64,000 nucleotides of DNA. Origin: a virus. The notes beneath the pieces were generated by a model that made no database searches, had not been told where the DNA came from, and was given only the letters and a program-made list of their open reading frames with translations. This document shows, piece by piece, positions 59,315 through 64,000 of the stretch (positions are counted from its first letter, which is position 1; each line of letters starts with the position of its first letter). The DNA lies in IMG/VR virus record IMGVR_UViG_3300027906_002394, positions 1 to 64,000 of that record; one strand, given 5' to 3'. The translations under genes were made by a program, and so were the position numbers.

Positions 59315-60682
59315 ATGTCCTCAGCAACAGCAGAAGAAAGTCAAAATAAAGTTGAAACCTCTGTTTCGGCAGCCAAGAGCAATCCAGAGGAAGCAGCGGG
59401 TACAACCCCCAACGAGGATGTGGGAACAGCTACTTCAACGGAGAAAGATAAGAATCAACCAAGTGAGGTGCCTGAAAAACCGAAGACTACTTTTCAATCT
59501 CTTTCTTATCCTCAAGGTTTGGATAATACGGACGAATTTCCACATCAAATAATGTTCAATGTTTTGATACGACAAACAGATGCCGAACATGAAGCTAATA
59601 GTCATTTGGGTGAAGGTGGAAAGGGTGAAGACCTTATTAGTCGTAACCCAGACATGACCAATGAAAATGCAAAAAAAGTTTCTAAACAATTAACCAATGC
59701 TGCTATTGGTGGTTCTACTGCTTTGGCAGCATTTGCTAAAGGTGGTTTGCCGGGAATTGGAATAGGACTTGCTGGTGGTGCTGGTTTAGCATTTTTTGGT
59801 GACAGGATGTCTGCCCTTGTTGATGAAAATATAAAGTTATCAAGAAGAAATGTTGCTCGTATAAGAATGGCTATGCCACAATCACCACAAAATAAAATGA
59901 CCGCTGAATGGAGTGTCACGGATTTTGGTTCTATTATGGGAGCTATAATGGAAGGTGCTGGTGATGAAGGTATAATGAATATGATAAAAGACGCGGATAT
60001 GACGGATGAAGCTGGTCAGGCAATGCTTAGAACTGCTGCTGGTGCGTTGAACATAACTAAACAGGCAGGATTAAATATCCCAGCACAAGCAACTATAGAA
60101 TTGATGACTAGGAAAGTTACAAACCCATTTAAAGAAACATTATTCAAAACAATGAACTTTAGGGATTTTCCTTTTGTTTTTAAATTCGCACCGAAAAATG
60201 ACCAAGAATTATTACAGACCTTAAAGATTATTAATGTATTTGAGAGATATATGACTCCACAAAAATCGCCAGGCTCTTTCTTTCTGGAATATCCTGCCGA
60301 GTTTGAGATAGTATATCAATATAAAAATAAAGAGAATAGGTATTTTACTAACTTCTTTAATGATACTGCTTTAGTTAGTTTTCAAGTGGATTATGGAAAT
60401 GGTGGAGTATATACTGCATTTCAAGGAACAGAAGGTGCGCCTTCAGAGATAACTATGTCTTTGCAGTTTAAAGAACTTACTCTTCTTGACAGAGATTCTA
60501 TTGTTGATATAACTGGACAATCAACACCTATGGGTGGGTTTACTGGAGAAAACTCAGTACAAGGACAAGAACCCCCCGCTGAGGAACAACCAGATGAAAA
60601 GAACGCAGACGGTACAGATAAAAATATAAATGAAACAGATAGTTCCCCAGATGCAGCTGTTAACGAAGGAGAGGATGGATAA
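59315..60682 (+). CDS. gp48: Baseplate tail-tube cap gp48
   Basis: LSYP, NPFKETLF..MNFRDF.F.FKFAPKN..E, YPAEF, MSLQFKE; synteny with gp53. Confidence 0.8.
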   Translation: MSSATAEESQNKVETSVSAAKSNPEEAAGTTPNEDVGTATSTEKDKNQPSEVPEKPKTTFQSLSYPQGLDNTDEFPHQIMFNVLIRQTDAEHEANSHLGEGGKGEDLISRNPDMTNENAKKVSKQLTNAAIGGSTALAAFAKGGLPGIGIGLAGGAGLAFFGDRMSALVDENIKLSRRNVARIRMAMPQSPQNKMTAEWSVTDFGSIMGAIMEGAGDEGIMNMIKDADMTDEAGQAMLRTAAGALNITKQAGLNIPAQATIELMTRKVTNPFKETLFKTMNFRDFPFVFKFAPKNDQELLQTLKIINVFERYMTPQKSPGSFFLEYPAEFEIVYQYKNKENRYFTNFFNDTALVSFQVDYGNGGVYTAFQGTEGAPSEITMSLQFKELTLLDRDSIVDITGQSTPMGGFTGENSVQGQEPPAEEQPDEKNADGTDKNINETDSSPDAAVNEGEDG

Positions 60683-61194
60683 TGGCATTTTTTAGACAAT
60701 TTCCTAGAACCGCGTATGTAGTTGATGGCAACTTAATTAATATCCCAGATATTTTCCGCCGTGTAGGTAAAAAAGATATTGCAGACAACCTAGCATTCAT
60801 GCAAGAATACGAGATACAAGAGGGAGAGAGAGTGGAACACATTTCTCATAACCTTTATCGTACAACTGATTACTACTGGGTAATTTTATTAGTTAATAAT
60901 ATAATAGACCCATATCATGACTGGCCAAAGACTAAGACAGAATTGGTGGCATTTACTGAACAACGATATGGTTCTGGTAATCTACATAAAGTACATCATT
61001 ATGCTAATACATCTAATCAAAATATAAGAGTTGATTATGACGAATCAAAATTTAATGCTGGTACTATCAAAGCGATAACTAATATTGAACATGAGGAAAA
61101 TGTCAATGAAGATAAAAGAAAGATTAAATTACCGAGGAAGGAATTTGTAGGGGAAATAGCAGGACAATTTAAGAGATTGATTAGAGGAAGATAA
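60682..61194 (+). CDS. gp53: Baseplate wedge subunit gp53
   Basis: FFRQFP, EGERVEHIS..LY....YWVILLVNNI.DP..DWP, VHHY, NEDKRKIKL. Confidence 0.9.
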   Translation: MAFFRQFPRTAYVVDGNLINIPDIFRRVGKKDIADNLAFMQEYEIQEGERVEHISHNLYRTTDYYWVILLVNNIIDPYHDWPKTKTELVAFTEQRYGSGNLHKVHHYANTSNQNIRVDYDESKFNAGTIKAITNIEHEENVNEDKRKIKLPRKEFVGEIAGQFKRLIRGR

Positions 61195-61200
61195 TTTATT

Positions 61201-62664
61201 ATGAGTACAATTTCAACGCCAGGCTCGTTTGATTTAGACAAGTCAGAAATATGGTTACTACCATCTGAAGAAGCTGGTGGTGGTAAACCCATTGACATAC
61301 TCAAAACTGGGTTTGTTGGTGACTTAACCATAAGAGAAAATTTAGAAAACAACTTCATTGGTGTTGACATGTCTGTGGGTGATGCAAGAAATGTAATAGG
61401 TAATATGCCTATCATTGGTGGTGAAGTAATAACTATTAAATTGGTATCCACGCATTTAGACGAAAATAATCCCAAACATGTCATAGAACAATCTTTTCGT
61501 ATTGATGAGATAATAAACAGAAACTATATTGATGATAGAGAACAGACTTATATAATAAGAGCTGTATCACCAGAAGCATATAAAAATAATACTCAAATAA
61601 TAAGTGAAAGATTTACTGGTAAACCACAAGAAATATTTGAAGACATCTATGAAAGATTCATAAAAGAACCAAAAGTTATTTCAGATGGAAAAAACAAAAA
61701 GGATGGATTTCCTTTAGAATTCTGTGATATATCTGGAGGACAAGTTTTCAAGAGAGAGAATTTTACTTTCGTTGCTAATTATTGGACTCCATATCAATGT
61801 ATGAATTTTCTGGCATCTAAAGTTGCACCAGCTGACGCGGGCGGAAAAGAATTGATGCCGAATGTTAAGTATTTTCAGACTACAAAGGCACATTATGTAG
61901 CTAGTCTTTCTAGGTTACAAGCTTTTTATAAAGAACAGAACTCGATTTATGATGAGTTTTGGTATGTCCCTACAGGTTCAGACCCCTTTATGTTAGATGA
62001 GAAAAGAAAAACTAGGGGTGGATATGGTTTTATTTCACCATTTGTTTCCAATCAATATTCAACTATGTCTGGTTTATCCATTCCTCTTATGACTCAAGAC
62101 CTTGGAGACCAAATATCTGGATATCAAGGAAATGCAACAATAGGTTTTGATATGACAACGAGACTACCTTATCATATGGAATTTGATTATTCTCCATTAC
62201 AACCTATTAGAATATCAGATAATAAAAGAGTGATACCATCACAATTCAAAGATTTTTATCATCTTGCAGACCAGACACCAATGAGACAACTTCCAAATGT
62301 AAATCCTAAATCATCATTGAATGTTAGGATAGGTTCTTCACAAATATGGACTGACCAAAAGTTTGGATACGATTGGAGATTCTTATTGGATACAGCTTAT
62401 AGAGATACTGCTACGGAAGAATTGAAAAGATTGAGAGTTAAATTTGATGTGCCAGGCCGAACGGATATTGATTTGGGTATGTTGGTATATTTAAATTTTC
62501 CAAACACAGATGAAAAGGGTGACGGTGCGTCTGAAGAAGAATTGTTTGATGCAAGGATGTCTGGTATCTATAGTGTTATTGGTATTAAACACATGTTTTC
62601 TATCGCAAAACAACATCACACTATGACAATAGATGTTGTTAGAGATAGTATGGGAGATTTTTAA
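61201..62664 (+). CDS. Baseplate hub structural protein (gp27-like position/fold)
   Basis: Lies between gp53 and gp5; PIIGGE, VPGRTDIDLG, SGIYSVIGIKH, VVRDS. Confidence 0.6.
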   Translation: MSTISTPGSFDLDKSEIWLLPSEEAGGGKPIDILKTGFVGDLTIRENLENNFIGVDMSVGDARNVIGNMPIIGGEVITIKLVSTHLDENNPKHVIEQSFRIDEIINRNYIDDREQTYIIRAVSPEAYKNNTQIISERFTGKPQEIFEDIYERFIKEPKVISDGKNKKDGFPLEFCDISGGQVFKRENFTFVANYWTPYQCMNFLASKVAPADAGGKELMPNVKYFQTTKAHYVASLSRLQAFYKEQNSIYDEFWYVPTGSDPFMLDEKRKTRGGYGFISPFVSNQYSTMSGLSIPLMTQDLGDQISGYQGNATIGFDMTTRLPYHMEFDYSPLQPIRISDNKRVIPSQFKDFYHLADQTPMRQLPNVNPKSSLNVRIGSSQIWTDQKFGYDWRFLLDTAYRDTATEELKRLRVKFDVPGRTDIDLGMLVYLNFPNTDEKGDGASEEELFDARMSGIYSVIGIKHMFSIAKQHHTMTIDVVRDSMGDF

Positions 62665-64000
62665 TGGAAAGATATCCAAATTTTGCTTGGTGGCAAGGAG
62701 TTGTAGAGGACAGGAATGACCCAGAAAAATTCGGACGATATAGAGTTCGTATCATAGGGTATCATACACTAGATAAAGCAATATTGCCTACTGAGTCTTT
62801 ACCGTGGGCGATTCCTATGCAATCAGTTACCTCTGCTGCTATATCTGGTGTTGGTGTATCGCCTACTGGATTGGTTGAAGGTTCAGCTGTAATCGGATTC
62901 TTTGTTGATGGCGAGGAAGGACAAATCCCAGTTGTTATGGGTTCATTTGGTGTGGAAGATAATGTACCAACCCCAGCTGGGAAACCAGAATCACCAGAAG
63001 TACTAGCAGAGAGAGGGTTTTATGACCCTACTGGAACTTACCCACGCAGAAAAGAATTAAGAATATCAGAGGACGAAGGTTTTGCAGATGCAGTTAAAGG
63101 AATGGTTAGTGATGGACTTGGTGGTGTATTAGATGCTGATGGTAATAAACTTACAGGTGATGCTGAAGGTGTTGATGAAGTTGATGTTGGTAAGAATATC
63201 TTAGAAGAAGCATCATCTTCTAGACTTTCTAGGACACCAGAAAAACATTACTCATTAAAAGCAAAAAGAGATTCAAGAATAACAAAGATACCACGCGGAT
63301 ATGCAAGTAAAATATCTGGATGGAATAATAAAGAATTACCATTTGAACATGATAATGGTGATGAGAAAGTTAAAGTAAATCCCGGCACATATGAACCAAC
63401 TTATTGGGACGAACCGCATCCCCAAGGTGTAGAGGAAAGTGTATCTAAGTACCCATATAACCATGTTAGAGAATCAGAAAGTGGACATGTCTTTGAGGTT
63501 GACGATACGCCAGGCGCAGAAAGAATTCATGAGTTTCATACTGCTGGTACATTCAGAGAAATCCAACCAGATGGAACTAAAGTAGAAAAAATAGTTGGTG
63601 ATGATTATATTATTGACTTAAAAAATAAACACATGTATGTTGGTGGTAATTTTGACCTTACTGTAGAAGGTGATTACAATATTAATGTTAAAGGAAACAA
63701 ATACGAACATGTAAGTGGTCACTCATACAATACTGTAATGGGTAATAGATTGAATAAAATGCAAGGACACGAATTAATTGATACAGAAAGTACATATCAT
63801 TTAATAACGGTGGGGAACTTCAATTGTCAAGTTGGAAGTACAGATAAAGAAAAGAAACAATTTAGTAACTATAAACTGAGGGTAAGTGGAGATACTAATA
63901 CTACTCACCAAGGCCCACATCGAGTAATGAATGCTTCTGCTTATGATAATGTTACAGATGGAGATATTAACTTTACGGTTAAGGAAAGACTTGGTATAAA
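62664..64000 (+). CDS. gp5: Baseplate hub/tail spike gp5, 3'-truncated by the window edge
   Basis: WWQGVVEDRNDP..GRYRVRIIGYH, LPWA, YPYNHV.ESESGH.FEVDDTPGAERIH, beta-helix VxG repeats. Confidence 0.92.
   Translation, partial: MERYPNFAWWQGVVEDRNDPEKFGRYRVRIIGYHTLDKAILPTESLPWAIPMQSVTSAAISGVGVSPTGLVEGSAVIGFFVDGEEGQIPVVMGSFGVEDNVPTPAGKPESPEVLAERGFYDPTGTYPRRKELRISEDEGFADAVKGMVSDGLGGVLDADGNKLTGDAEGVDEVDVGKNILEEASSSRLSRTPEKHYSLKAKRDSRITKIPRGYASKISGWNNKELPFEHDNGDEKVKVNPGTYEPTYWDEPHPQGVEESVSKYPYNHVRESESGHVFEVDDTPGAERIHEFHTAGTFREIQPDGTKVEKIVGDDYIIDLKNKHMYVGGNFDLTVEGDYNINVKGNKYEHVSGHSYNTVMGNRLNKMQGHELIDTESTYHLITVGNFNCQVGSTDKEKKQFSNYKLRVSGDTNTTHQGPHRVMNASAYDNVTDGDINFTVKERLGI

Noticed and set aside
1-64000. 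Alternative genetic code or introns/inteins in core genes
   Set aside because: Core genes are intact at plausible lengths under the standard code

Overview
A 64-kb, AT-rich segment of a large T4-like (myovirus) phage genome, most likely infecting a marine proteobacterium (inference). Recognisable core genes are RNase H, gp33, gp59, gp32, gp51, two tandem gp26 paralogs, a gp54-like gene, gp2, gp4, gp48, gp53 and a partial gp5, with T4-type late promoters (TATAAATA) and near-consensus sigma70 promoters. Accessory content is rich. (i) A ~22-kb modification island (22.8-44.8 kb) downstream of a late promoter carries seven radical SAM paralogs with an N-terminal Cys-rich SPASM/twitch-like segment, a desaturase, 2OG-Fe(II) oxygenases, a GNAT, a methyltransferase, two UDP-sugar dehydrogenases, a kinase, a nucleotidyltransferase, a carbamoyltransferase and glycosyltransferase-like and SGNH-like paralogs. 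It is transcribed divergently from a secreted Asn/Thr-repeat protein cluster. (ii) There is a B12-type radical SAM and a BtuB-like TonB-dependent receptor. (iii) A PiT-like phosphate transporter has an upstream 11-bp-period Pho-box-like repeat, and phoH is present. (iv) Non-coding RNAs include a circularly permuted tmRNA, an atypical tRNA-Gly(UCC) followed by a twin-pseudoknot RNA, and an unassigned ~350-nt GC-rich multi-helix RNA. (v) A GC-rich non-coding control region (10.3-11.2 kb) has divergent promoters, an IHF site, short repeats and a GATC cluster in an otherwise GATC-poor genome, and three promoters share an IHF/TTGAC-17-TGnGATCAT architecture. All calls were made by eye from motifs; no database searches were run.
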